Shown here: piece by piece, positions 1-12,313 of the stretch
How the letters are laid out: each line of letters begins with the position of its first letter
Position numbering within the stretch: position 1 is the stretch's first letter
Position numbers and translations under genes: made by a program
From: Eledone cirrhosa
Taxonomy: Eukaryota
DNA length: 64,000 nucleotides
Direction of reading: 5' to 3'
Assembly: GCA_964016885.1 (NCBI GenBank)
Contig: OZ024741.1
Span: 107,384,001-107,448,000 of the forward strand
The notes under the pieces: model-generated
What the model saw: the letters and a program-made list of their open reading frames with translations, nothing else
Database searches by the model: none
What the model was told of the DNA's origin: nothing

Positions 1-63
1 TACATTACTGGTACTTTATTTTATCGACCCCGTAAGGATGAAAGGCAAAGTTAACCTCGGCGG

Positions 64-64
<1 letters not shown>
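1..64 (-). mobile_element. tRNA-derived SINE (main family), partial copy at window edge
   Basis: Reverse complement matches the body of the full copy at 43141-43320 (cccgccgaggttaactttgcctttcatccttacggggtcgataaaataaagtaccag). Confidence 0.85.
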
Positions 65-102
<38 letters not shown>

Positions 103-994
103 CTCCTGAGACTATTAATCAACAAATTAGTGTGTAGATAACATGTTTTGAAATAAACTTCATCAATTTTGTGTAATAAATTAATCATAAGTTTCACACG
201 GTTTAGAAAATAATACATTAAACAATAGCTTGAGTTAAATCCTGTGTTAAGAATATTTCTGGATGCCAGAAACTCAAAGCAGAACCTAATTGGAAGAAGA
301 AGAAGAAGAAGAAGAAGAAGAAGAAGAAGAAGAAGAAGAAGAAGAAGAAGAAGAATGTAAGAGATATCCGCAGCACAGCGACAAGATTTTAACTTCAATA
401 ATTCGGTTATTGTTTCTCGGCCTCCGTTTAACCGATGTTGGTATAAGTATGTAAGAAAATTATTTATGAAAAGATTATGTGAATTCGTTGACATTCAAAT
501 AATGGTCTATAGGGCCGACGTCGAATTTAACTGTAAATACTGAGGATTGGGTTCCTGTTCTTACATCTTCATCATATGTTTTGTTCACGCTGGCACCAGT
601 TTGATTAAAGCCGTAGCTTAAGTGACTGGCAATCCATACAAAGGTTAATCACCAGCTGCTGCTGGTACTACTTTTCAGTTGATTGAATAGAAGCAGCGTA
701 AAAGGAAGAGGCTTGCTTAAGGAAAACGCTAACTATGAGGCAACGCACCTTATATCCTGAATTATATTGTTATATAAATGAGATATCTGAAAGAACGAAA
801 TCAAAACATATGTTGAATATGTTTAACCTTTCTCAAACCCGTTCGCCAAAACAGAGTCCCAAATTTCAGTTATACAATACTATAAATATGTGTTTGGTTG
901 TCCAGTGAAATTAATACAAAAAGCAACAATACCACACATAACACTGCCACACACAGCATTGCATCACATAGCAGTACCACACACACACACACAT

Positions 995-1055
<61 letters not shown>

Positions 1056-1563
1056 GAGAGGGGGGGGACACAGAGAGAGATACTCTCACGAACGCATATT
1101 AATTCTGAAATGTAACATAACTATTAAATAGGTCATAGTTTAATAAATAAAGCTGTCAAAGTTATCTCCCTTGGATCATGTATAGAAATTATCTCCCTTG
1201 CTTCTTTTCTTTCTCAAAACACAAAATGACTTTTGAATATTTATGAAAAGTCAGTTGAGTCCAAACTGGATAATCGCCTCATGATATGTAGTATCAAATG
1301 TAACGGATATAGACTGTTGTTTCAATATGCTGATATATGTATACATCTCCATCCCCCTCTTTATCTACCCTCTTCTTCGAGTATGATCACAGATCAACCA
1401 ACCGAAGACACACACACTCACTCACAAATATATTGTGTGGATATATATATTTATATATGCCTACATAGTCCCTAACTACTGATGGACTCGAAGGGGTGCC
1501 GTAGTGGCATACAACGTTTCTAAGGTATTTTAAGCCTGGCATAGCCCACCTCCCTGAACACGG

Positions 1564-1671
1564 CAAAGAGGGTGTGGTAAGATACCAGGTAGACCATAAC
1601 GCACCAGAGTACTCAATACTTAGGGTAGTAGAGTGGGTAATAGGAAAAGAGTCAGGACTCCTGACTCCCTT

Positions 1672-1675
<4 letters not shown>
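1564..1675 (-). mobile_element. Family A short PLE-like fold-back element (tail plus short hairpin 1641-1675)
   Basis: Same tail as 5427, 13082 and 59607. Hairpin taggaaaagagtcagga/tcctgactcccttccta runs into (TA)n. Confidence 0.75.
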
Positions 1676-1751
<76 letters not shown>

Positions 1752-1753
<2 letters not shown>

Positions 1754-2420
1754 GAATTCACAAGAATCAAAGCTATGTTCAAAACATTTATTCACTTACA
1801 ATTGTTTCATCCAAACCTAGGCTTGGGGTCTTCGGACCATTTTTTAATGCTTGTACATATAATTGACCTCAAATCCAACGCAAGAGACTATAACTTCCTT
1901 TTTCTTTTTCTTTTTCTGCACACATACTTCTTTGATCTATAAAAAAATACCCTCTCACTACAACCACCATAATACTCTTGCGTACCCGCTTAAAGTGCTT
2001 GTATTACATGCAATACCTTGCCACACAATACTCGTATATAAATGAGACACACTTGCATGCTCCATGTATGACTTACGCATACACTATCTACTAGATCCGA
2101 TTATCGGACTATTCTCTTGCATTATCTGTGTTATCTGCCGCATGTATTTTAATTTTAATTTTGATTTTAAATTTGAATTGCTATACAAATATAGTATAGT
2201 ATAATATATGTCTCTCCACAGTACATCAATATATATATATATATATGTCTCTTGCGATGAAACAATTGTAAGTGAATAAATGTTTTGAACATAGCTTTGA
2301 TTCTTGTGAATTCTATATAACTGCTCTGTAGAACAACTGATGTTCTTACATTGAGCTATTTATCTTACTGGTAATAAGGTAGTAATAAATTACTGACCTT
2401 CCCTGTTTGTAGTTTAAAAT
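1752..2420. mobile_element. Family H PLE-like element with 60-bp perfect inverted arms (1752-1811 / 2256-2315)
   Basis: Arms are exact reverse complements and contain GAAA-CAATTG-TA. Minus strand 1790-1835 reads ccgaaga-hairpin-gaaa-caattg-ta, a degenerate hammerhead. Confidence 0.65.
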
Positions 2421-2469
2421 ATACATATCTATAAAAAGTTTAATATATACATAACTATAAATAGTATCC

Positions 2470-2524
<55 letters not shown>

Positions 2525-2526
<2 letters not shown>

Positions 2527-3810
2527 CTTTTCTTACTCTTTTACCTGTTCCAGCCGACTGGTTGAGCCCGTGCTGGGGTACCACCACGGTCATTACACTT
2601 TCTGTATTACTTGGTTGGCCATTGCTGTTAGAAGGGGCTAGTGGCTGCTTCCTTTATTTGTACTTCGTCTTGTGCTGTGTGTTCATCTGGGATCTTGGTT
2701 AGCAGAATTTCGAGATTATTCTTGAAAAGATCTACATACTCACCATGTTGATCTCTCAGTTATTTGTTCGGCTTACTAAAGAGCTTGGGGCCTTTGAACC
2801 TCAGGCTATTGCATCATTTGCCCCTTATTATAGACATGAAGGATGGGATCTTTGGTGCTACACAGTGACATCATGTTGAAGATTTGGATCCACTTTCAAT
2901 GCTAAAGTACGGTGCTAATTCTTTCAGGATCTTCCATATGCATATCACAGCGTATCTTTCTCGTCTTTGTTCCAGGGAATAAAGCTTTAGTTTTTTCAGC
3001 CTCTCTCAGTAGTTCATCTCATTTATCGAGTCAATATTCAGGTTTTGCAGTTAGTTTGACACAATGAGAGATCACAACTGAGAAGTATATGGCAGTCAGC
3101 TGCGGACAAATAGCCTCCATAGGACTAACGTGGTTTGTCTGTCTTTTGTCCTAAATGTCCTCAGAATCTATCCAGCCACTTGTTTGCAAGTTCCGTATTG
3201 ATTTCGACCCGGGGATTTCGATTCCTCTCGGTTCAATGTAACATTGTTTTGTTGGCGAGTTGATAGTTGAGGGTTTGAAATTTTCCAGCATTAAAATTTG
3301 TGTACGACATCAAAATCTCGTAAGAGAGTAGCATGAGCCGGATTGATGAGTGTCTGCGCTACTTTCGTGGCCTCAACATAACTAGTGAATGAGGCTGTCT
3401 ATACCACGGAGGACATGTCTGAGGGAGCTAATACAAACAGCAGTGGTGCCAGGACAGTTTCCTGGAGCATACTCATTTTTATTGATGTTTCTTTGAGAGG
3501 ACTCCTTTGGCTGCAACAGTCTGGATTCTGTCTCTTAAGAATTCATGAAGCCATTCACCTAATTCCCCAACTATATTGAAACTACATATGTTATGAGATA
3601 TCATTCCATGATTATCTTTATCGAAGGCCTTCGCAAAGTCGAGATATATCATATCCATGTTCGAACGGTGTAGCACCTGTTCCAGTACCAAGCCTAATGG
3701 TGTAAGAGCTGTGTAAGGCAACTTCTTCCCGGGCGAAAGCGATGTTGGGTGTCAGTAGGGCATTTCCGTCGAGGAAGGCAATCAATTCCCTTTTGAAGTT
3801 TCGTGACATG
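2525..3810 (-). mobile_element. CR1/L2-type LINE remnant (RT and 3' end), degraded
   Basis: ORF 3479-3721 reads DMIYLDFAKAFDKDNHG...GEWLHEFLRDRIQTV, the non-LTR RT YLDFxKAFDxVxH motif. Many stops and frameshifts. Confidence 0.85.
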
Positions 3811-4406
3811 ACTTCGTGTTAAGATCATAAACAGTAGTCGTTAGACATGCTCAACCAACCGTGACGCCTAAACCAATCAGCTTTAGTAATCCAGTGAAAC
3901 TACACACCGATTGGTCGAAATACAGTTTGCAAAATTTAGCATCCTGTTGCCGCTTTTCACTGTATATAAGGTACAAAATTTACCCATCTCATTACAATTG
4001 AAAATTGAAAACTTGACTGTCACCACAGAATATGAACCTGAAGATTGCGAAAGCATGAAAGTACTTGTTAAATTAACACTTAACATTTAATATTCTACCA
4101 TACTATTTCATTCTAATACCATTATACATTTTAAAGGATTGTAAATAAAACGAATAAATCAGACAAAGTTGGAATTCCTTTTATTAATATATATATAAAT
4201 ATAAGTATGTATACGTACATACATATATGTATACAGACGTATAGTAGTATGTATATATACACATACATGCACACATATATATATGTACGTATGGATTTAG
4301 CGAACATTTATTATAATGCTCGGTTTGTTTGTAAACAAACAGCCCGAATTAAGACGTACAGTGTTAAGCAACTATCGTTGCCCTTTTGTTCAACACTGAC
4401 AAAGGA

Positions 4407-4449
4407 ACGATGTACTAATTTCAAGCTTATTAGCTATCGTCAGCACCGT
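4407..4449 (-). ncRNA. Minimal type I hammerhead ribozyme motif (family B)
   Basis: Reverse complement: acggtg-CTGACGA-tagctaataagctt-GAAA-ttag-TA-catcgt. Helix I acggtg/catcgt has one G-U; helix II is agct/agct. Confidence 0.65.
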
Positions 4450-4812
4450 ATACCTTCCTGCCAGATGATTGAACGTCTGAAAGTATATACTTTCCTTATG
4501 CATATTAACGGTTGAGCAGCCTAATTTGCATATCGAGTGAGTTAATCGGCCGGGCGCACCAAAAACGATAAATGGAAAAAATGAAACGAAATTTCATTTC
4601 TCACTCTTAGTACGGCTGTTACTTAAATATAAGTATGTATACGTACATACATATATGTATACAGACGTACAGTAGTATGTATATATATACATACATGCAC
4701 ATATATATCTATATATGTACGTATGGATTTATCGAACATTTATTATAATGCTCGGTTTGTTTGTAAACAAACATCCCGAATTAAGCCGTACAGTCATCTG
4801 GCAGGAAGGTAT

Positions 4813-4855
4813 ACAGTGCTGACGATAGCTAATAAGCTTGAAACTAGTACATCGT
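4813..4855 (+). ncRNA. Minimal type I hammerhead ribozyme motif (family B)
   Basis: acagtg-CTGACGA-tagctaataagctt-GAAA-ctag-TA-catcgt. Palindromic ACTAGT helix III; one mismatch in helix I. Confidence 0.65.
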
Positions 4856-5115
4856 TCCTTTGTCAGTGTTGAACCAAAGGGCAACGATGGTTGCTTAACA
4901 CTGTACAGCTTAATTCGGGATGTTTGTTTACAAACAAACCGAGCATTATAATAAATGTTCGCTAAATCCATACGTACATATATATATGTGTGCATGTATG
5001 TATATATATATACATACTACTGTACGTCTGTATACATATATGTATGTACGTATACATACTTATATTTAAGTAACAGCCGTACTAAGAGTGAGAAATGAAA
5101 TTTCGTTTCATTTTT

Positions 5116-5181
<66 letters not shown>

Positions 5182-5198
5182 TTCCCTGGACAGTCAGC

Positions 5199-5330
5199 TT
5201 CCTGATGATTTCTCACGAATGAAACAGTTCTAGTCCTGTAGAATTTTCTATATTCTATATTAAATATTTATACTCTGCTTTGTATTGAGTACCTTACTGT
5301 GGTTACACCCGATTGAACTCTGGATAAACT
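5199..5330 (+). mobile_element. Family D element: hammerhead motif (5199-5243) plus structured tail
   Basis: ttc-CTGATGA-tttctcacgaat-GAAA-cag-ttctagtc-ctg-TA-gaa. Matches copies at 17417 and 60048. Confidence 0.7.
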
Positions 5331-5361
5331 TATATATATATATATTAAATTCTGGACTTAC

Positions 5362-5426
<65 letters not shown>

Positions 5427-5428
<2 letters not shown>

Positions 5429-5649
5429 ACAAAGAGGGTGTGGTAAGATACCAGGTGGACCATAACGCACCAGAGTACTCGATACTTAGGGTAGTAGAGT
5501 GGGTAATAGGAAAAGAGTCAGGGCCCCGACGGCTGAGCTTCGGCCATTTCGACAGCTAGATCCAAACTAAGCCAGCGGACTGGCGGTTTAGTTCGGAACT
5601 AGCTGTCGAAACGGCCGGAGCTCAGCCGTCGGGGCCCTGACTCTTTTCC

Positions 5650-5651
<2 letters not shown>
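5427..5651. mobile_element. Family A fold-back element with 145-nt hairpin (5507-5651)
   Basis: Arms taggaaaagagtcagggccccgacggctgagct / agctcagccgtcggggccctgactcttttccta. TA-rich tracts on both sides. Confidence 0.8.
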
Positions 5652-5710
<59 letters not shown>

Positions 5711-5714
<4 letters not shown>

Positions 5715-6184
5715 GAAAACGAAAAATCAGTGATGCATCTGAACTCAATTTATTGTGTGTTACAATAATATCGCCGGCGGACAGCTCGAGACGTGATCAT
5801 TGTGTGGATCTGTCTGATTCTGGACCCGCAGGTTCGACGGACACGTCTAATGATTTCGGATGACGTCGACAGCGGCCAATCCAAGGACGCGTGAAGAGGA
5901 TGAAGTTTTTGACGGTACTGGCCCAGAGGGTCAGATACCCCAGTGAGAGAATATGCTCCGAAATCATTAGACGTGTCCGTCGAACCTGCGGGTCCAGAAT
6001 AAGACAGATCCACACAATGATCACGTCTCGAGCTGTCCGCCGGAGAAACAATTGTAACACAAAATAAATTGAGTTCAGATGCATCACTGATTTTTCGTTT
6101 TCTATTCTATCATACTCTGCTCTGTAAGAGCATAGAGTGCTCAACTGGCATACCGCCTATGGAAGCATCTTAGCTACCATCAGA
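5711..6184. mobile_element. Family C fold-back element: 150-bp inverted arms (5711-5860 / 5957-6106) plus ~80-nt tail on the right arm only
   Basis: Arms are near-identical reverse complements. Further copies at 27207 and 30632. Degenerate hammerhead gtgt-ccgtcga...GAAA-caattg-TA-acac at 5973-6060. Confidence 0.8.
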
Positions 6185-6187
6185 CAT

Positions 6188-6218
<31 letters not shown>

Positions 6219-6659
6219 CGTAGAGGGAGAAAAAGAGAGCACCAGAGATATATGTATATAGACACTGGGGGAGAGAGAGTCAAGAAGAAATGAGAAATAC
6301 AGGGATAAAAAGGCAGATGCAAGGCTAGAGAAGACAGAGAGAAATATAGGGAAAGAGAGAGAGTTACAACTATGATGAAATTTTATCTATACACGAACAC
6401 TCATATGTATATACATATATATATATGGACACACATATATATATATATGGACACATATATATATAGCCGATGATGATTTACTAAATAAATAAAAATTGCC
6501 GATTTTAATGAAATGAAGATATTTTTTCCTTGCCGTTTCTCTTCTTTACTTCGAAAATTAAATAAACAAACCAATAATTAAGATAAGTGAAAATAATACG
6601 TTTTCAGTTTTTAGTATTTTTACCTCGTAGTAAATATGTTAGAAAATATACTTCATAAA

Positions 6660-6691
<32 letters not shown>

Positions 6692-7018
6692 GGAAATAAC
6701 TATTTCAAGTGCTAAAAATACTGAAAATGCTGAAAAAAAAAAAGTTAGTCAAAATTGCGACGTTTGTTCGGATTTGAAGTAGAAATAATAAAAAGAGCTT
6801 ACTTACTTCACTTGTGAATCAACATTTTAACATGCGCACGTGGAAATATTTTTGAGACATACAGAAAGTATACAAAAGGTATACAAGTGCCAGAAAATAA
6901 AGTCGTTCTTTTCAACTTAGGCCTTACAAACATTAATAGATATATACTTTCCCTTCACGATGATTTCAAACTAGCTTTTAACCTATGAAATTAGAATTTG
7001 AAAGAGAATTTTTACGAG

Positions 7019-7069
<51 letters not shown>

Positions 7070-7788
7070 GTGAAGAATAAGTATGTAAAATGGGTTTTTG
7101 CAACAATTTATTCGGATATTTCCCATTACAAATTTTTCGACGGGTTTGACAACTATACAGTTTGTTGTTTCCATACCATCAATCTGGCCTCTTCAGATGG
7201 TCTTCCGAAACATTATTTTTATCCATCACTGGTTCTCTGAAGAATCCCGGGTGGAGAGATAGGGGAACTGGTAAAATTCAATCTCTCCTCTCTCAGTATC
7301 AGTTACCCTATAAGTTAGCAACCACGCCAATACCTATACACTGCATAATTTTCAGTAAACAAGATAATGGGAAGCTTTATAAGTTGGTAACCACGCTCAT
7401 AGCTATACAGAGCATAATTCTGATTTAAAAAGATGATGGGAAGATTTATGTGTTGGTATGATTATTATAGATTGCAGATTTTATAAATCTATGCTAAGAT
7501 CCAGGAGGTAACACAAACGTGCTTAAAAAAAAACTGTTTTACAACCCTTAAAAGTTTGGTTTATATATAAAGATCCCGTTAAGGGTGAAAGCAGCGATTC
7601 TTTGCTTAAACTTTAATCTGTTATTTTAATATATATATATATATGTGTGTGTGTGTTAACTGGTCTGTAAATACATAAAAATGCTCTACCAGGACAAATA
7701 GCAGTATAATAGATTACATAACAAGTGTCTGGCGTGGTCGCGTCAATTACATAATTGATACCATTGAAATGCGTTAACAGCACTGACA

Positions 7789-8083
7789 TAATAATTGTTT
7801 CTACTTTTGGCACAAAGCCAGCAATTACCCAGTACATTACTGGTACTTTATTTTATCGACCCCGTAAGGATGAAAGGCAAAATTATCCTCGGCGGGATTT
7901 GAACTCAGACCGTAAAGGGACGTAACTATGCTGGAAAGCATGGCGTCCGACTCTCTACTGATACTGCCACATAATAATTGTTTCTACTTTAGGCACAAGG
8001 CCAGCAATAATCCAGTTCATTACTGGTACTTTATTTTATCGACCCCGTAAGGATGAAAGGCAAAGTCAACCTCGGCGGGATTT
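7789..8083 (-). mobile_element. Two adjacent tRNA-SINE copies
   Basis: Match to the SINE consensus; B-box reverse complement ggatttgaactc at ~7895. Confidence 0.85.
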
Positions 8084-8723
8084 GTAATAATGAAATGATA
8101 TAAGATTCCAGAATACTACCTTATTTTTCATTCTTATGCAAAAACTCCGCCGCCCACAATCCTGCGTAATTCCGTCGAGTGCTAAACTCTGCGTACACTA
8201 GTATTTGTTGATCAATACATACAACTGAAAAACAATTACCTGTTGACGAAGACGAACGTACCAAATACACCCCTCCCTCCGCTACACACATATAAATATG
8301 TTAGTGCGTGAGTTTTTATATCTGTTTGTGTTTATATATATATATATCTTTGGTGTAGTCCGCTCTGTTGCAAACATTTGGATCAGGTGTTCAGTTTGAG
8401 GTTACCTTCCTCCTGACTAAACAACAATGCTTGAGCAATTGTTAACACATACACTAATACACTAATACAAACACTCACGCATACATTCTCTCACGCACAG
8501 ACGCAAACATTATTAAAAACAAACTCATATACAAACACACAACCTGCCATACATACTGTCACACACATTGACGCACACACAATTGAAAGCACACACATAC
8601 AGAGATACAAACATATATGCACATACATTAGTTCACACACAGACACACAATTGCAAACAACACTAATTACACAAGCTCTTACACAAACATTCGCGCGCGC
8701 GCGCGCACACACACACACACACA

Positions 8724-8844
<121 letters not shown>

Positions 8845-9066
8845 ACTAATGAGAACAAATACATAGACAAATATTGAAAGACACACACATGTATATATCA
8901 CACCCCTTTCATTCTTACTTTGAGACAGAAATAAAACAATAAAAAATTATACAAAAACACCAGCAAAAACTGATCGGAAAATAACATTTGTATCGATAAT
9001 AGCCTAATTAATTATCCTTAAAATGTCATCGGTATTGCTGTTGGTGGTGGCGTTGGTGAGGCTGAT

Positions 9067-9435
9067 GTTGGTGATGATGTTGGTTGTGGGGTGCTGTTGG
9101 TTTAAGAAGTATTGGTGGTAGTGCTGGTGGATTTGGTGGTTATCGTGATGGTGTTGGTGGTGCTGGTGGTGATGGTTGGGATGATGGCGATGTTGTTGAT
9201 ACTTGTGGTGGTGTATAACTAGTGATGGTTATATTGTTGTTGTTGATGTTGGTGGTGACGTTGGTGATGATGTTGGTTGTGGGGGTGCTGTTGGTTTAAG
9301 AAGTATTGGTGGTAGTGCTGGTGGATTTGGTGGTTATCGTGATGGTGTTGGTGGTGCTGGTGGTGATGGTTGGGATGATGGCGATGTTGTTGATACTTGT
9401 GGTGGTGTATAACTAGTAATGGTTGTATTATGGTT
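9067..9435. repeat. Local tandem duplication (~193-bp period) of GGT/GTT-rich sequence
   Basis: gttggtgatgatgttggttgtggg...aactagt occurs at 9067 and 9260, nearly identical. Confidence 0.85.
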
Positions 9436-9940
9436 GTTGTTGGTGGTAGCCGTGTTGTTATTTTTAATTGTGATGATTGTGTTGTTGGTTTTTCTGTTGT
9501 TGCAGCTTTTGTTGATTTTGTAGGTGATGTGGTGGTATTAGTGGCCACACGTTCTTGCTGGTTGTGAGGCAAACGGCGGCGGTGGTGGTTTTGACAGTCG
9601 AGGTGGAATTGGCAATAGTGGTGGTGTTGGCAGTGGTGGTTTTCAAAACTGGGAAGTCAGACTGGAATAGAAAATACTCAGTGATAAACTCTGTGTCCAG
9701 TGAGATGCCCCAGAGATTTGCTAGAGAGGATGCAAGTTGATATCGACACACCTTTAGGATACTAGCGGGGAACGTCTCGAGGCCCTACTGCTGAGTTGTG
9801 TTTATTTTTGTTTATTGACTCTAACATATCAAGGGAGATGAAGGTTATGTCAGATATGGTGTGTTAGGAGTTATCATCAGTGATAATGTCAAGATCAACT
9901 ATAGCAGGATTGCTGAAAACAAAGTAATAGTATTTTTGAA

Positions 9941-10072
9941 GTTACGGCCCTTTACGGTCTAGGTTCAAATCCCGCCGAGGTTAACTTTGCCTTTCATCCT
10001 TACGGGGTCGATAAAATAAAGCACCAGTAATACATTGGGATAATTGCTGGCCTTGTGCCAAAAGTAGAAACC
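9941..10072 (+). mobile_element. tRNA-SINE, 5'-truncated
   Basis: ggttcaaatcccgccgaggttaactttgcc...gtagaaac. Confidence 0.8.
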
Positions 10073-10084
10073 ATTTTTGCAGTA

Positions 10085-11100
10085 TCTCATCCATGGATTT
10101 ATCATCCTCACAGAAAAATATTATATTCATCAATCAGATGGTCTTCAGAGGAAATGGCGATCTTGTGCTTTTTGGCAAATAAGATCATTTGGAATTTGGT
10201 ATAATTTTCTAAATGGTTCAGTCCTTCTCAGATGTTATTAGGTTATTGCTGATAGTATTCATGCCGGTTTGTAGATTAGATTACGTTCTCCGGGATTCAA
10301 GCAAGGCTAAATCCTCGAACATGGGTGTTGCTCCTCGCAATATTTTGTTTGCTGATTTTATTTTTATTAAATCTTTATATTTTTCTAATAAGTGTTTTTA
10401 TATTACTTGGGAGCATACATTTAGTCTTCGTCACGGATCGTGATAGAGTATATTCTAAGCATGTATTTGAAGCAGTATATACAATTTGTTGCTACAAAGT
10501 TTTGATGTCACTTGGTGGTGAGTGTTTATTTGAAAGATCAGACCTCCCAATTTGCATAGTCAAAGTCCATGTAATCAAATGGATTGGATGGAGTGAGTCT
10601 GTTGGGTTTAGATTTAGCATGCTGGAATCTTAAATTTCAGAGAACCATATCATGATCTGAGAGGGAAGTTTTCCACTACAATATTAAGTACACTGTTGGT
10701 GTGGTTACTTAATTTTCCGTACAAGATACCTTTCTGACACTTTTTGGCAGGAACACTAGTTCTGATAAGAAAGTCTCGTCTATAAAGCTGAAAACAGACT
10801 TTGTTAAAGTTCAGATTGAAATACTTGGTTTCAAAGTATGTGTAGACCCTTCAAAGCAGGAGAGGTTGAATTCACCCACTATTAGTATGTTACCAGAATG
10901 ACGCTGCAGGATAAAATATATAATATTGTTGAGGCAATCTTTGATGCACAGCAGAGATGATTGTAGTGGACTATAGAGCCTAATTATGATTAAATAATTA
11001 GTTTTGTTATGTACAGACACCGATTCACAGTAGCCATTATAGAATAAGTCCTTTCTGTGTGTGTGGTGAAAGAATCGTGTAGAAAAATGGCAACTCATTC
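10085..11100 (-). mobile_element. LINE ORF2 N-terminal (APE endonuclease) remnant, degraded
   Basis: Minus-strand translation IIRLYSPLQS...NILIVGEFNL resembles the APE YRPP and IxGDFN motifs. Boundaries approximate. Confidence 0.5.
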
Positions 11101-11233
11101 CTTTCTTCTGCCATAAACACACACACATACATACACACACACATACACACACACATAAACAAACAAACACAAACACACACACATACACACAAACAAACAC
11201 ACACAAACACCCCCCCCCAAACAAACACACAAT

Positions 11234-11265
<32 letters not shown>

Positions 11266-11587
11266 ACACACACACACACACATACACAAAGACACACGCG
11301 CATACACTGATTAATTCATAAAATGTTATTTGTTTACATGTTCATCATGTATAAAAGCGTATATCTGTGTGTGTGAGTGTATGTGTGCGTATGTATGTAT
11401 ATATGTATGTGTGTGTATGTATGTGTGTGTATGTATATGTATATGTATGTATGGGTGTGTTGTGTGTGTGTAGGCTCAATTTGAAATATTTTGGTGCGAA
11501 ATCTTTCAAATGTGTCAAACTCGTGTACACCGGTTAGACACACAAACAAAACATGCACTTACACACAGGCACCTCCACATCGACATA

Positions 11588-11659
<72 letters not shown>

Positions 11660-11681
11660 TACATATATACATATATATGTA

Positions 11682-11719
<38 letters not shown>

Positions 11720-11722
<3 letters not shown>

Positions 11723-12044
11723 TTTGAGTATGCAGATTGGAGCACTCGACGAAGTGCGCAGGTTGGTTTGGTTACTCCGGAGTAATGTAAAATAAAATAA
11801 AATAAATAAGTCAAATGTTTAAAATTTGGCTTCGTTTATTACTGCTATATATATTTCGGTGACAGCCATCTTTGGTTGTGACCTCTTCAGGCAGTCCGAA
11901 TTAGTGTGGTAGAGACGAGTACACATGTTGTTGAGGTATTTAACTAATTCGGACTGCCTGAAGAGGTCACAACCAAAGATGGCTGTCACCGAAATATATA
12001 TAGCAGTAATAAACGAAGCCAAATTTTAAACATTTGACTTATTT
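11720..12044. mobile_element. Family F fold-back element: 102-bp perfect inverted arms (11804-11905 / 11943-12044), tail on left arm (minus sense)
   Basis: Arms are exact reverse complements with a 37-nt spacer. TA-rich tracts lie nearby on both sides. Confidence 0.8.
11953..12007 (+). ncRNA. Type I hammerhead ribozyme motif with canonical core (family F); mirror copy on minus at 11841-11895
   Basis: actgc-CTGAAGA-ggtcacaacca(aaga)tggctgtcacc-GAAA-tatata-TA-gcagt. Perfect 5-bp helix I, G10.1-C11.1, palindromic helix III. Confidence 0.8.
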
Positions 12045-12099
12045 CTTTTCTTTTCTTTTATATATATATACTTATTTATATGTATGTATACACACACAC

Positions 12100-12156
<57 letters not shown>

Positions 12157-12159
<3 letters not shown>

Positions 12160-12273
12160 GAAAATGTATGACCCCGACGGCAGAGCTGAAGCCGTTTCGA
12201 CGGCTATTTCTGGAGATTTGAGTCCGGGAATAGCCATCGAAATGGCTTGAGCTCTGCCGTCGGGGTCATACAT

Positions 12274-12313
<40 letters not shown>

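Larger units (their letters stand above)
4198..5119. mobile_element. Family B retrozyme-like locus: ~1.4 tandem units on minus (period 428 bp) joined at ~4794 to an inverted plus-strand partial unit
   Basis: ataagtatgtatacg recurs at 4201 and 4629. 4794-5119 is the reverse complement of unit sequence. Both ends merge into (TA)n. Confidence 0.8.

Noticed and set aside
5507-5651. Family A hairpins as pre-miRNAs or Helitron termini
   Set aside because: Hairpin length and centre vary between copies, they are dispersed repeats, and there is no CTRR end after a short GC hairpin.
9219-9751. Mucin-like Thr/His-rich ORFs
   Set aside because: They arise from GGT/GTT low-complexity sequence and its local duplication.
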